Below are positions 42,141-57,316 of a stretch of DNA of 64,000 nt, piece by piece; position 1 is the stretch's first letter; every line of letters starts with the position of its first letter. The notes under the pieces are model-generated. The model had not been told where the DNA came from. It saw only the letters and a list, made by a program, of their open reading frames with translations, and searched no databases. A program made the position numbers and the translations under genes. Source of the DNA: the human T2T-CHM13v2.0 reference genome, Homo sapiens. The DNA lies in NCBI RefSeq assembly GCF_009914755.1, contig NC_060941.1; one strand, given 5' to 3'.

Positions 42141-43499
42141 TACACTCGTGTTTTTCCTCCATGGGCTAAGATGTGTGAAGAGTGCCCCAATCCACCTCTC
42201 CATCTGGTTTGCAGTTGAGATGCCCAAGAGCGGGAAGGGTTCCTACCAGCATGGGGCTTTGTTCTCAGAAAGCTTCTCTAAGATACGTTACTTAGATACA
42301 TCCGTAAAATCCCTCAGTCAACTGCACCCCTGTGGCCTATAGCCTGAAGTTAACCAAGTCTTTTCGTGACAGCCTATGTTCTGTTTGCTGAATAGCTGCC
42401 TCTCCTTCCTTTCTCTTTTCTGTTGGGTTTGGTTCCTGCCAGAACAACACGGATTTGCCCATCTCCCCTGACACACTCCGGTCCAAGGTTTAAGCAGGGC
42501 AGTCATTTCCTTACTGGAATCCCTTCCCAAACAGCTTCTTCCCAGGCTATCAGGCAGAAAGTATTTTGCATCTCCTGTGCCAACTCAGACTGAGGTAGCT
42601 GCTTGGAGTATTGTTTTGAGAAGGCCTCAGGGTCCAGGCTCAAGAGCAAGAATGCTATGCTCGATTGGCAATGTCTTCCTCCCTTCCCTTCCCTCCTTCC
42701 TTCCTTCTGTTCCTACCCCACTCCTTCCCTCCCTTCTCCCCTCCACTCCTTCCTCCTTCCTTTCTTTTTTCCTTTTTTCTTTTCTTTCTTATTGAATTCC
42801 GTTGAAGAGCCAGGTACTGGGCTAAACATTTCAACAGTGGACAAGATCATCTTGGTTTCTGCCCTCACAGAATTTACAAACCAATGGGAGAGACAGTAAA
42901 AAAACTGGGCACGTGGTAAGCCCTATGCTAGGGAAGCAATCGCGTGGTGTGGGGCACGCAGAAGAGGTACCTCACCCAGGCTTGGGGGTGAGTGATGAAA
43001 CAAGGATGCATACCATAAAACCAAGGAGGGAAGGGGCAAAGAGTCAAGAGTCAAGGGGGAAATGTTAGAGCAGAAAAATACATGCAGGCAGCTCTTGCTT
43101 TTCACTTTGCTGCTCTGAGTCAATCTTTGTCTAGAAACCACCCATATCCCTCACCTGCAGATGTCTTAAGTGGCTCTGGGCTATTGGAGTGGCAAAGTCT
43201 ACGGCCTGCAGTGGCCAGGAAGGTAAGATGGGTGATCCAGAGGATCAGAGCAAGCTAAGTCTCTGTGCTCCATCTGAGGGGGTGGTGCTCCGTCTTGAGC
43301 CAGGCAACAGTGGCTCTGTAAAACGCAGGCTCAGACAGTGTCAGATCTCAGGACTGTTTTGCAATGGAGGCTGAGAACTAGATTTTATGTGAAATTTCCT
43401 GAAAATATTTACTAACACTTTATGGGCCAAAAAGCTTAGGCATGAAGGCAAATTTAGGCCCTTGGGGATCTCTGGCCTAATGGCGCCTTTGCGTCCATG

Positions 43500-43516
43500 T
43501 CCGCCACCTAGTGGTG
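43500..43516 (-). promoter_or_regulatory. CTCF motif
   Basis: Reverse complement CACCACTAGGTGGCGGA. Confidence 0.65.
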
Positions 43517-44163
43517 GATGTGGGTTCCTTCACTCTGTTTTTCTGTAACAGCAGCCGGAACCAACTTCCTTCCTTGCTCCCTTCTTAAATTTGGCTTTTG
43601 ATTTCCAAAAAAAAAAAAAAAAAAAATTGTTATGAAACGTTTAGGGTGCCACCCTGATGGCGGTTTTCGCCTTTCTTTTCCGGAAATCAGTGAAATCGAA
43701 GTTGGGGCGGATGGGGATGATGTTGAGAAGGCTGTTTGGGACGTGGGGGGTGATGACAGTGACGGGCTTGAGCACCTGCTTTGCTGGTGTGAACTTGCAG
43801 GCTGATTCCAACCGATTGAATGAAATATGATTACCAGCTTGACCTGTCTGGAGTCCAGATCCGGAGACTCTGAGTGCTCCTTGCAACATTAAGGATATAT
43901 GATTCCATCGTGAGAGTGGGCCTTCTCAGCCAGGGTCTCCAGAGCCTTAGGGCTTTTTTCTGAATGGGCTGAATTCATGGTGGTCTTTGAGCCCCCTAGA
44001 AATTGTGTGCAAAAGTGTTTGCTTGTGCATTTTTCTTGGAGAGAGCTGCTAGCCTGAGTCAGATTCTCAAAGGGCCTATAACTCAGGAAGGGGAAAGGCA
44101 AGGCTGAAAAATGGGTTTCTCAAACTGAATGAGTACCCCAATGCTTGTTAAAATGCAGATTGT

Positions 44164-44520
<357 letters not shown>

Positions 44521-45330
44521 CTAGCAAGTTCCCAGGTGATCAGACCACACAGTGCGGACTCCTGGTGGCGAGTAACAGCACTTAGAGAACAGGTCTCACG
44601 CATTCTGCCCTGATGCTGGAACTCATAGTTGGGAATCTTGCTTTCAAGCACAAAGCAAAAACAAACAAACAAAAAATGCACTGTGTTTTATTTCTGGATG
44701 CTGCCTAACTCCTAATCCCATCCTTTGCTTTGTCAAAAATATTTTAAAGATTCTGGGCAACAACTCTTCCTTTTGGACCTTTGACTTAATGATTTGCTGC
44801 TTAGAAGCCAAAAGACAGTGAGCTGGCTTCTGGAGAATGGGAGGCTGAGGAGTGTGATGGCGCCGTAACAAGGATAGGCAGTATCTAAGGGCAATATAAT
44901 CATATATACATTAAGAATATATCATATATTCTTAAAGTTGCAAGGAGCACTCAAGGTCTTTGGATCTGGACTCCAGAAAGTTCAAGGTGTTAATCGTATT
45001 TCATTCAGTCGATTGGAATCAGCCTGCAAGTAGCAGAGATGCTTAATGGCTGTCTCCCTCCACACTGGTGTCACTGCATTAGAATTTGCTCAGAGGAGTA
45101 TCTTGGTGGTGGTTGCGTGAATTGGTTCTGAGGGACATAGCCCATGTCCCCTTAGTACCCTTGTATGATGCACCTGAAGTTTGTCTAAGGAATGACTAAG
45201 ACCCCTTCCAACTCTAGGAATTTCTGAAATCTGTTAAAAAGACACATCAGAACCTTTAAATTCTATTTCCAGGTAATCTTTGTCCACCTGCCATGTCTGC
45301 TTTCCTGGAGAAAGCTCATAGCCTTCTGCT

Positions 45331-45380
45331 GAGAAAATCACCTTGACATAGAGAAAATCACCTTGACATAGAGAAAATCA
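45331..45380 (+). repeat. Perfect 20-bp tandem repeat, 2.5 copies (GAGAAAATCACCTTGACATA)
   Basis: Visible directly. Confidence 0.95.
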
Positions 45381-46102
45381 TCATCCAAGAGCAATTCAGC
45401 CCTCATTGCATGCTAGATGCCTTCCTTGCCAAGGGCACTAAATGTGCCAACAAATGTCAGTGTGCTCTGGGAGGTCTCATTTGCATAGTGTGAGGCCCCA
45501 AGAATAATGGGGATCCAGGCTTCCCATCCCTCTCTCCATGGAAGCTGGGAAGGTTCCAAGCTTCTAGCACAGCACTCGGGGTGGCCAGAGCTTTGTGGGA
45601 ACCTGAGTAGGGTATTTGGCCTGCAGAGTCTGGGCCTGTGGAAGTCCTCCATCACCTGACTTCCCATCTCCATCTTCTCTGTTTCGAGCTTTCCCTGTCT
45701 GTCTGCAAAATTAAAAGGTGGATGTTTGCCTCTTGAGATTGTTGTTTGAGGAAGTGGAATAGCACACAGGAAAGGGCTTTGGGTTCCTGTGAAGTGGGCT
45801 CTGCAAAGTAGGAGAGGGTGGGTGGAATTTTCCAGATGGCAGAAATAATAGTCCTCCCAGAGGTTAGGACTTTCCAGGACTTTGGTGGTGGCCAGATGTA
45901 CCTAGTAATGTGGCTGGTGGGATCCCTTTGCAGCCAGGAGCTGAGTCAGTGGGTAAAGGGTAAAGTACTCAGGGGTGGGATAAGCAAGGCGCCTCCCTAA
46001 CTTGGGAAAAATGGAATTTTACGAGGGGAAATCTCTTTGATCTTTGTAACTGTTCTGCCCTCCGCTGGGTGCTGTATGTTGAGAGTGCTTGGCAGTAGGG
46101 AG

Positions 46103-46453
46103 TGTATTAGTCCGTTTTCATGCGCTGATAAAGACATACCTGAGACTGGGAAGAAAAAGAAGTTTAATTGGAATTACAGTTCCACATGGCTGGGGAGGCC
46201 TCAGAATCATGGCGGGAGGCAAAAGGCACATCTTACATGGTGGTGGCAAGAGAAAATGAGGAGATGCAAAGGCAGAAACCCCTGATAAAATCATCAGATC
46301 TTGTGAGACTTATTCACTACCACAATAACAGCATGGGGGAATCCGTCCCCATGCTTCAAACTATCTCCCACTGGGTTGCTTCCACAACACTTGGGAATTA
46401 TGGAAGTACAATTCAGGATGAGATTTGGGCGGGCACACAGCCCAATCACATCA
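46103..46453. mobile_element. THE1-like solo LTR with TSD GGGAG
   Basis: TGTATTAGTCCGTTTTCA...gatgagatttgg...atca; 5-bp TSD. Confidence 0.88.
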
Positions 46454-46759
46454 GGGAGACAGGGAAGGGCTGTTTTGATCCCTGTTCTTTTTGGAAATAG
46501 AACGGGGGTTGTCTCACCACTTTGGGAGAGAACATGTGGACCAGGAAGATTCTGGTTTCACAGAATAGCGGGGAGGATGCCACTGCAGGACATTACAGGT
46601 TCACCTCCCTGTACTTTTCTGGGAGTCCCAGCATTAGATGAAAGAGAGAGGCAGAGTCATGTGGGGAAAGAGCCCTGGATGGGAGTCAAATCCTTTAGCT
46701 CTTGTCTCTGTTAGGGCAGAACCTAGGTATGATTTGGGACAAGTCTCTTCATCTATCTG

Positions 46760-47210
46760 AGACTGTGTTTTGGAAACTGGCCCAATTTCCTCATAGAACT
46801 AATATTTATGGGTTTTTTTTTAAATAAACAGAGAAATTGACCCTCCTGTTGTTGAAATATGAAATTTCCCTTTGTCTCATTTTAGTTCCTTCCTCAAGAA
46901 ACCAACCATCAAGCAAGGGACTAAAACTCATCAGATTACTGCATCCAGATAATGAGATGCCAGGCCACTTATCCATTCTGATTGCTTCCTTATTCCTCCC
47001 TAGTTCCTGTTTTCCCATCTTCCCTGCCATTTTAGTTTCCCTCCAATTTTAGTTTGTTGGAGAGACAGATTTGAGGCTGATCTCCCATTCTCCTTGCCTG
47101 CTGCTTGCGATTAAAGTCTTCTCCAGCTGGCAATACTTGTTGTCTCAGTAATTGGTTTTTTGTGCAGTGAGCAATGGGACCTAGACAGAAACCCTGGCAT
47201 TCTGGTAACA
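46760..47210 (+). mobile_element. ERV1-class solo LTR (MER39-like)
   Basis: attaaagtcttct...ggcaatacttgttgtctcagtaattgg...tggtaaca end. Confidence 0.55.
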
Positions 47211-47582
47211 TTTGCAGATCCATAAAATGAGGGCATTGGATCTGATTCCTTAATAAAAATGGAAATCTAGCATTCTTGCCTTTCTCTTTAATAGGGAGGA
47301 TTAGAGAATTTAGAAGTTGAAAATAGTTTTTTTTTAAAACCCTTGCTTTCAAGTTTATTGAGGTATCATTCCCGTATATGAATGCATCCACTTTAAGTGC
47401 AGTGGATGAGTTCCATCAGAGGCATATGCCTGAGTAAGCACTACCACAGTCAGGAGATAGAAGGTTTCCTCCTCTTGGGATGGTTCTCTGTGTCCCTTCC
47501 CAGGCAGTCCCCTCTCATCCCCTCCTGGTCCCAGGTGACCTCTGCCACTTCTGACTTAAACCTAACTTTTCTCTGTGCTCAC

Positions 47583-47990
47583 TGTATTAGTGCCCCATTG
47601 CTGCTGGGGAAAAGTGCCACACAGTTAGTAGCTCAACACAAATGTATTCACTTACAGTTCTGGATGTCAAAAGACTAAAGTGGGTTGGCAGGGCTGCCTT
47701 CCTTCCAAAAACTTTAAGAGAGAATCTGTTTCCTTGACTTTTCCACCTTGTAGATGCTGCCAGCATTCCCTGGCTCATGGCCCTGCATCCCTTCAATTTG
47801 CTTCAATCACCTTTCCCTCCCTGACTCTGAATTCTCCTGCCTCCCTCTTCTAAGGACTCCTATGATTAGAGTGGGCCCACTTGGATAATCCAGGATTATC
47901 TCCTCATAGCAAGACCCTTAACTCAACCACATCTGTGGAATTCCTTTTGCCCTGTACTCGTAGGTTCTGGGGATTAGGATGTGGATACCT
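47583..47990. mobile_element. MLT1-like LTR
   Basis: tgtattagt...cttacagttctgga...gggcccacttggataatccagga. Confidence 0.7.
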
Positions 47991-48499
47991 GTGGAAGGAA
48001 GGGAAGGGATTGTTGAACCCACCACAATTACACAGCCCAGGAAAAACATCCAAGATGACAGCCAACTTTTCCAGATCAGATTCCCCATCAGGGGGTCATG
48101 TTTATCTTCTCAGCCACATCTGCTTCTCTGCTTCAACTTCACAATACAAGGAGGTTTTCTCCCCGTTCAAATAAAAATAGGACTACCTAATATTAATTCT
48201 TCATCTCATATGTGCTAGACACTTTTCTAAGCACTTTATATACCCTTAACTCACTTAATCCTCACAGCAATTATATTAAGTAAATGCCATTTTTATTCCT
48301 GTTTTATCACTGAGAAAACTGAAACACCAGAAGCCTAAGGAAATTTCCCAGGTCATGTAGCAAATATGTTGGAGCAGGGATTCAGCTGAAGGAGGCTAAT
48401 ACTGGCCTCCTTCCTGTGAGTCACTGCACATATCAGACTGCCTCTCTCCATGTTTCCTTAGCCATACACTTGGGACCAGACAGTTTCCTCATTGCTTGT

Positions 48500-49733
<1,234 letters not shown>

Positions 49734-50101
49734 CTACTCTGACTGTTTTTAAAATCCACATTCAAATCTTCACTTTTCCATAAATGCTTCCCAGGTCACT
49801 ATTGGCTTGTTGATGAAACTGCAGACTCTTCCCTCACCCCCAGTTCACCCTGAGGAGTAGGACGATTGTGCATATGAAGGGTGAAAAGCTTGGATGGATT
49901 AGACTGGAGAGGTTGGGAGAGGAGCTCGTAAGACCATCTGCTCCCTTTCAGGTGTCATGTGGCATTGGTTTGAACTCTTTTCAGAATGAAAAGAACAACT
50001 TACGGGCTTCAGCAAAAAAGAACAGTTACTAGCTCAATGAAGTGTAAAGGCCAGAGGCAGACATGGTAGGGAATCTTCAGTGATGACTATATCTAGGCAC
50101 T

Positions 50102-50522
50102 TGCTATAGTTTGGAAGTTGACCCTCCTAACCTCATATTGAAATTTGATCTCCAGTGTTGGAGATGGGGCCTGGTAAGAGGTGTTTGGGTCATGGGGGCA
50201 TGTCCCTCATGAATGGCTTGGTGCCATCCTGGTGGTAGTGAGTGAGTTCTTGCTCAACTGGTTCTTTCAAGAGCTGGTTGATAACAAGAGACTGGCACCT
50301 CACCCTTCTCTTGGTTCCTCTCTCACCATGTGATTTCTGCACACACTGGATCCCTTTCACCTTTCAGCATAAATGGAAGCAGTCTGAGGCCCTCACCAGA
50401 AGCAGATACTGGAAACATTCTTCTTATACAGTCTGCAGAACCATGAGCCAAATAAACCTCTTTATTTTAAAATTACTCAGCCTCAGATATTCCTTTATAG
50501 CAACACCAATGTTCAAAAGATA
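50102..50522 (+). mobile_element. MST-like MaLR LTR
   Basis: tgctatagtttgg...gaaccatgagccaaataaacctc...ttcctttatagcaaca. Confidence 0.8.
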
Positions 50523-52298
50523 TCACCAGGAATTTGTCCCACTCTACCTCTGAGTCCCACGCTCCTCTTTGTCGGTCTAATTCTCAGATGGGCTCTACCC
50601 AGGAGGAAGCAGATGGATATTGGAAGCTCCAGGCAGATGGTCCATTATCTTAGCATCCCTGGCAGAAAGGGAAGGTCTTGTTCACAAATGTTCCAATGAA
50701 AGTCTTGGGGATGAGGTTCATTAACTTTCATTGGCTAGTTTGGATTGTATGCCCAACTCTGAACAATCCCAGAAGTAGGGGGACTTCTTATTTGCCAAGA
50801 TGGTTTCCTTGCCCACCTATAGAATGAAGGGAAAGGGCCAGCCCATCCTAACCTTATAGACTGATGGCGAGAAAGAAATGGCCTCCTAAAGCAAAATAGG
50901 GATGATATTATCACCAGAAAAAATCATCTCTGGCCATCCAAAAATGACAGATGGTTCTTCATACACTCTTTTGAATCTGATAATTTTAGAAGTCTGCTGT
51001 CTTCTTTCTGTATTGGCCTTGGAAATATCTCTTGTCAAAGGACTGGGTCTACCCCTGCCTATCAGACTGTTTTTCCTCTTAATGCTGTTTTAAATTCTGT
51101 ACTTACAACAAAGGAGTCACGCAGTCACACAGGCTTAATCAAACCTTGACAAAATTTGTCTTTATAGCTCATACTCATTCCAGGCCAGTAACTGGAAAGC
51201 CAGTTAACCAGAATATAGGATTGTGTTAGATCATGGTGGGCTGTACCAGATGCCCTTTTCAAGGCCCACACACCCGTTTCCTAGCTCCTAGGAATATCGT
51301 TCATAGCTGTGAGGGCTCACAGTCATGGTCATCGTTGAGAATTGTCCATGGCTACAGGGAACTGCTTTACCCTGAGATTACAAAAGCTCAGCCCTCTTAC
51401 CTCAACTGCGGGCATCTCTGAAGAGTTACTCCAACTGCAGAGCTCCCTGTTGTACTGGCTGAGGCGTCAGCTGCAGCTACATTGTGGGTCAATTTTCCCC
51501 TCTGCCTATTCTTGCCTTTCCTCTTTCCTTACTGCTGTCTTTTCCACAGTGAACTTTCTATATGCAACTCATTCCAGAATCTGTTTCCAGGGAACCCAAT
51601 AAGACATCTGGACTCCTCTCTTTATGGTCAGTCCACTTATTGCCCTACAAGAAATAAGTAAATTTCACCTTTTAAAGTCTCTAATTTGGGGAATAGGTTT
51701 TCTGTTGTCCTGGTCTAACCTCTGTCTTAGGTAGGCTCTGGGTGCCTGGGGTTTGGGGCATCTTCTTGGGACAATTTCACCGGAAACAACACACAGATGC
51801 AAGCATGCAACTGAATTGGCTGATTTCTTATTAGTTGGATGAATATTTTGCTGAATTTTCAAGTGATAAATGCAGAATAGACTTGGATGGAAGTGAAGTG
51901 ATCACGCTTAGTGGGAGAGAGAAAAGCAGATTTGTTGTTCTGAGAGCTGTTGTCTCATGGGTGTCTCTGCTCATCACTCAAGGCTCAGTTCAATGTTACC
52001 TCTTATAAGAAGCTTTTCCTGCTCGTTAAAGGCACTTGTTGTCTGGCCTTTCTTTTTATGTTTTACATGTTTTTGTCAAGTCTTTGCACACAGACACAAA
52101 TCATTACAAATACTGTATAATGTCTCCTCCAGAAAGGTGTTTTACAAACTTCTTTTAAGAAAACACATGGAACATAAGATTTATTATAGGAATTAGATCC
52201 TATACATCGTAGGAGGAGTTGGGGAATGAAGATCCAGAAAGAGGAGTTGAAGGATCGGAGAAATGTCATCCACCAGCCCTCCTGAAGCACCAGCATAG

Positions 52299-52722
52299 TG
52301 ACGTTAAATTAAGCTTACCCTAAAGCTGTCTCCTTGCATATATTTTACATTCAGTCTCCAAGTTGCTCCCTACATAGTGAACTGGAACCTAAGCAGATGT
52401 GTAAACAGGTTGTCTCCTATTCTTGTACCAATCACCGAATTTTGGCCAATCACAGGCAGCCAACTGTTCAAACCCTGTTCAAACAAGGCAGAGGCTAAGC
52501 TGTAACTAATTTAGCTGCTTCTGTACCTCATTTCCATTTTCTGTACATCGCTTTCCTTTTTCTGTCCATAAATCCTCTCCGATCACACAGCAGCGCTGAG
52601 TCTCTGTGAACCTATTCTGGTTGGGGGAGGAAAGGGCTGCCCAATTTGCGAATCATGCTTTGCTCAATTAAACTCTGTCAATTTAATTTGTCTAAAGTTT
52701 TTTTTTTTTTAAATTTTAAACA
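52299..52722 (+). mobile_element. ERV1-class LTR (MER57-like)
   Basis: Paired ccaatca boxes, aactgttcaaacc..gttcaaa, attaaactctgt. Confidence 0.6.
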
Positions 52723-52917
52723 GTGAACATGTCAGACTTTACAGGGCAGTCTTGGAGGCAGGCATGTCTAGCTGCCAGATTTTTAAATGTTTTTACCACA
52801 GTCCACAGTAAGAAACATCTTTTATATCAAGATCCGGAAGGAAGACACACAAACACATATATGAACAGTTGAGAACAAAACTTCCACAAAATAACACTAA
52901 TTCCTACCTTGTCCAAC

Positions 52918-54090
52918 TGAGGTATTATCATAAAATATGTTTTCTCTTTGTTACTGATTCTTGACACAGAACTCCTAAAACCCTTGGAATTTCCTGAGCT
53001 ATAGGAGTGTCTTTTGTATGCTAACAAGATGACTCGTAGGGTGAAGTATAAGATAGCTTTAGAATAGGGGCTAGTTGTACAATTAAAGAGTTGGACTTTT
53101 CAGCTGCAATCCCCAACCTCCAAGAGAGCAGAGAAGGGCTAGAGATTGAGATCAATCACTAATGACCAGTGATTTAATCAGTTATGCCCACATAATGAAA
53201 CCGCTCTATGAAACACAGAACTACAAGGTTTAGGGGAGTTCTCTGGTTGGTGAACCCATCTATGTACTGGGAGGGTGATGTACCCCAGCTCTACAGGGAC
53301 AGAGGCTTCTGAGCCCTGGGTCCTTCCTGACCTGACCTTCTATCCTTCATCTGGCTCTTCATTGGTCTCCCTGATAATAAACTGGAATAGTAAGTGTAGC
53401 ATTTTCCTGAGTTCTGTGACTCATTCTAGCAAATAATCATGATCCTGGTGGGCTGAGGGAGGTCACCAAATGCCAGTGGGACCTCAACTCCAGCCGCTGT
53501 CTAGATTCTTGACACTATTATGAGAAGGAATTCAAGGATGAGTTGGAAAATAGTGAAAGTATGGAGATTTTTTGCAAAGCAAAAAGGACACACTCAAGAA
53601 ATGAGCTTATGGGCATACCCAAAAAAGTCACATGGAAGGGACTTTGGCGTTGTTACCTTTATGGATTTCTTTAACACGAGCTGGAATATTCATGAAAGTT
53701 CCTGGAAAAAGATTTCTTGGAACCGTGGTGCCACCCAGTTTTACACCAAATATGGGTGTTCTAGGAACAGTCATGATGCTAGTGGATGTGTGTTGAGTAT
53801 GTTAATGAACATATAATGAGGTCCTAGGAGAAACCTAGGTCAAAGTCAGTGCCATGTTAGGTCCAGCCTGCTTGGTCCACATCCTGTTTTTCAGGGTCTT
53901 ATCAGTGCAAGTAGCCTGGAGACCCCATTTGTTGTTGGCATCTGAAGTAGGGGGTAGTCTTGTGGGGCTGAGCCTTTAAACTGTGGGGTCAGTGCTGACT
54001 CCAGGTAGTTAGTGTCGGAATCAAATTGAATGGTTGGACATCAAGTTGGGTTGGAGAATTTAAGAATTAGTTGTTGTTGGTGATGTAAAA
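52918..54090. mobile_element. MER21-like LTR with a nested second LTR fragment (~53440-53900)
   Basis: gacacagaactcctaaaacccttggaatttcctgag...ttggcatctgaagt. Confidence 0.55.
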
Positions 54091-54368
54091 GTGAGAAAAC
54101 ACTAATAGTTTCTATCCTATTCTATTTTTTTGTTCTATTATATTTGCATTTTTTACAACGCTATTTGTGACTAATTTTATAACTCTCTATTGGCCACACT
54201 ATAAAAAACGCTCTGTAACATACTGGAAGCTTCTTAAGCACAGGAACATTGCAATTTGCCTTAGCATCTCCGTGCCTAACACAACATCCAAGACAGAGAT
54301 GTCAGGTATTACAATTTCATCAAATACATGTGTGAATGAATGAATGAAGTTGTCTGACTTTTGGTATG

Positions 54369-54474
54369 ATTCATACTGGTTCGGGATTCACTTTTATGAA
54401 TTTACCCAGTGTATTAGTGCAATTCATACTGGTTCAGGATTCACTTTTATGAATTTATCCGGTGTATTAGTGCA
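54369..54474 (+). repeat. 53-bp tandem duplication overlapping an LTR end
   Basis: Units start at 54369 and 54422 and differ at three positions. Confidence 0.92.
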
Positions 54475-54921
54475 TTCTCACACTGCTATAAAGAAACACC
54501 TGAGACTGCGTAGTTTATAAAGAAAAGAGGTTTAATTGGCTCATGGTTCTGCAGGCTGTACACAAAGCATGGTGCTAGTATCTGCTTCCAGTGAGGTCTC
54601 AGGAAGCTTCCCATCATGATGGAAGGCAAAAGGGAGCCAACATGTCACATGGTGAGAGATGGAGCAAGAGAAAGAGGAGGGAGAGGGAGAAAAGGGGAAA
54701 AAAAAGAGAGAGAAGGAGGGGAGGCACCACACACTTTTAAATAACCAGATCTTGTGTGAACTAACTGAGTGAGAACTCACTTATCACCAAAGGGATGGTG
54801 CCAAGCCATTCATGAGGTATCTATCCCCATGACCCAATCACCTCCCACCAGGCTCCACCTCCGTCATTGAGAGTCATATTTCAACATGAGATTTGGAGGA
54901 GACAAACTTCCCAACCCTATC
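54463..54921. mobile_element. MST-like solo LTR
   Basis: tgtattagt..attctcacactgctataaagaaa.acctgagactg...gagatttgg...tatca. Confidence 0.85.
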
Positions 54922-55249
54922 ACCCGGGGACATTCATACTTAATTAGTGTGAATTTGTTCCTCAAATTCTGGCAAGCCTCACCTACTGGGAAGTTAATGT
55001 GTTAGTTCACCATGAGAACCATTTTGGGTGGGGTAACTGGTATTGGTCAGCAGGGGAAGTTTGCTTACAAGTACAGAATTTATCAAAGGGCATCGGTTGC
55101 TCTAGGAATTATTTCCTTCAAGGTGGGGTCACTAGAATTACCCTTTCTAGATGTTTCTCTCAGGACATGTCTGCCGGGGCAGCTCCACCCCTCGTTTCTG
55201 AGAACTTCATAATAATAGATGCCTTATATTTCTTACATTTCACTATTCT

Positions 55250-55567
<318 letters not shown>

Positions 55568-56947
55568 AATTTCACTCTTCTTGAATGGTTATGGAGACAA
55601 CGTGGCTTCTGGGTGGAGACTGAGGGAACATCACAATCTCATCTGTAACACATTGCCAAGAGGCAGTTTTCCTCTACAGATGGCTAATTGCTCCAATTTC
55701 ATGTTCCTTCTTATTAGCTTCAGTCTGAGAAGGTAATATTTTCTGACCTTGTTCTGAAATTCTGGCGCTGAACCTTCTCTGAAGCCTGTTGACCCTTCTG
55801 CACTGAATACACACACAAAAAATAGTTGCTGAGTGATTAGACTGATATCATCGAACACAGTTTTGATTTGTGGCCGACCTGGTCTGACCTGCAACATCTT
55901 GGTTCCAAAGGCTGTTAGGATCATCCATTGGGTCAGCTTTATCCAAGATGGGTGAAGGCCTCTTCCCCCACCAGGTACGAACCTCCAGCCAATTCCACTA
56001 TCACATAACGATCAATGCAGATTTCCCAGAACAGAAGACGAATGCATGAAACACACCTCCTATTCATTTTCCATGTGGAGCATATAAAAATGTACTTTCC
56101 TCTTGCAAAGGCTCTCTGACTGACCCATCTGGTTTGCATTTATGTGAATTGCTGCCTGCCGAGAAAAGGGTTAATGACAACAGGGAGGGAGAATTCTGTT
56201 TCCAGGCTGCGCTTTGCAGGAGTTCAGTTTCTCCCAAAAGTCAAACCCAATCAAAAACAATCCAGGAGGCTGAGGAGCACTTCCTGTTAGCCCTGATACA
56301 ACTCTATGTGAGCAGGACAAATGTGGCACTGAGAAAAAAGGAGAAGAGAGGATGACATTTTGGCCACTGAAGGAGGCAGCGGCAGCAACCGTGCTGCTGG
56401 GAGAAACATCTGCTGCAAGTATGGCCTGCGTAATAACAACTAGCGCTGTAACAGCATAATGAAAATCACATTTCTGTAATTGTATAATATACAGGCCCAG
56501 GATTTTAACATCACTTGTCTAAATGTGATACAAATTGGACACAGAAGCTTGGTCCCTTTGGCAAACGCTTATCCAGAGATTATTACATTCATAGAGACAT
56601 AATTTCGGACTGGACTTCAGTCTTATTAAGGCGGACTTCCTTTTCAGATGGTCCATTCTAAACATTAACCCCTTCATGTTCTCCTTTGTAGTTCTCCTGG
56701 AAGTTTTCAAGAGTGTACCATCCACCCCCAAACAAAGAGGAACACTTGGATGTGTGGGCTGGGACACTTTGGGTGGTTATTTCCTTAAGGGCTCTCATGG
56801 AAAAGAATTCACATGAGGCTAAAGTGAATCTTTTTTTTTTTTTTCCAGAAGGGCCAGTGTCTGGAGATGTTTCAGCTGGAAAGATGGCCAAGCTCGAATA
56901 AGCAGATTTATATAAATCTCATTGTTTCCATATTAATAAAATGAGCC

Positions 56948-57316
<369 letters not shown>

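Noticed and set aside
45331-45380. CRISPR-like array
   Set aside because: Contiguous repeats without spacers in human DNA; an ordinary minisatellite
55631-56139. Two adjacent - strand ORFs that looked like a processed pseudogene
   Set aside because: No recognisable protein similarity, poly(A) tail or TSD; a translated search would be needed to exclude it fully
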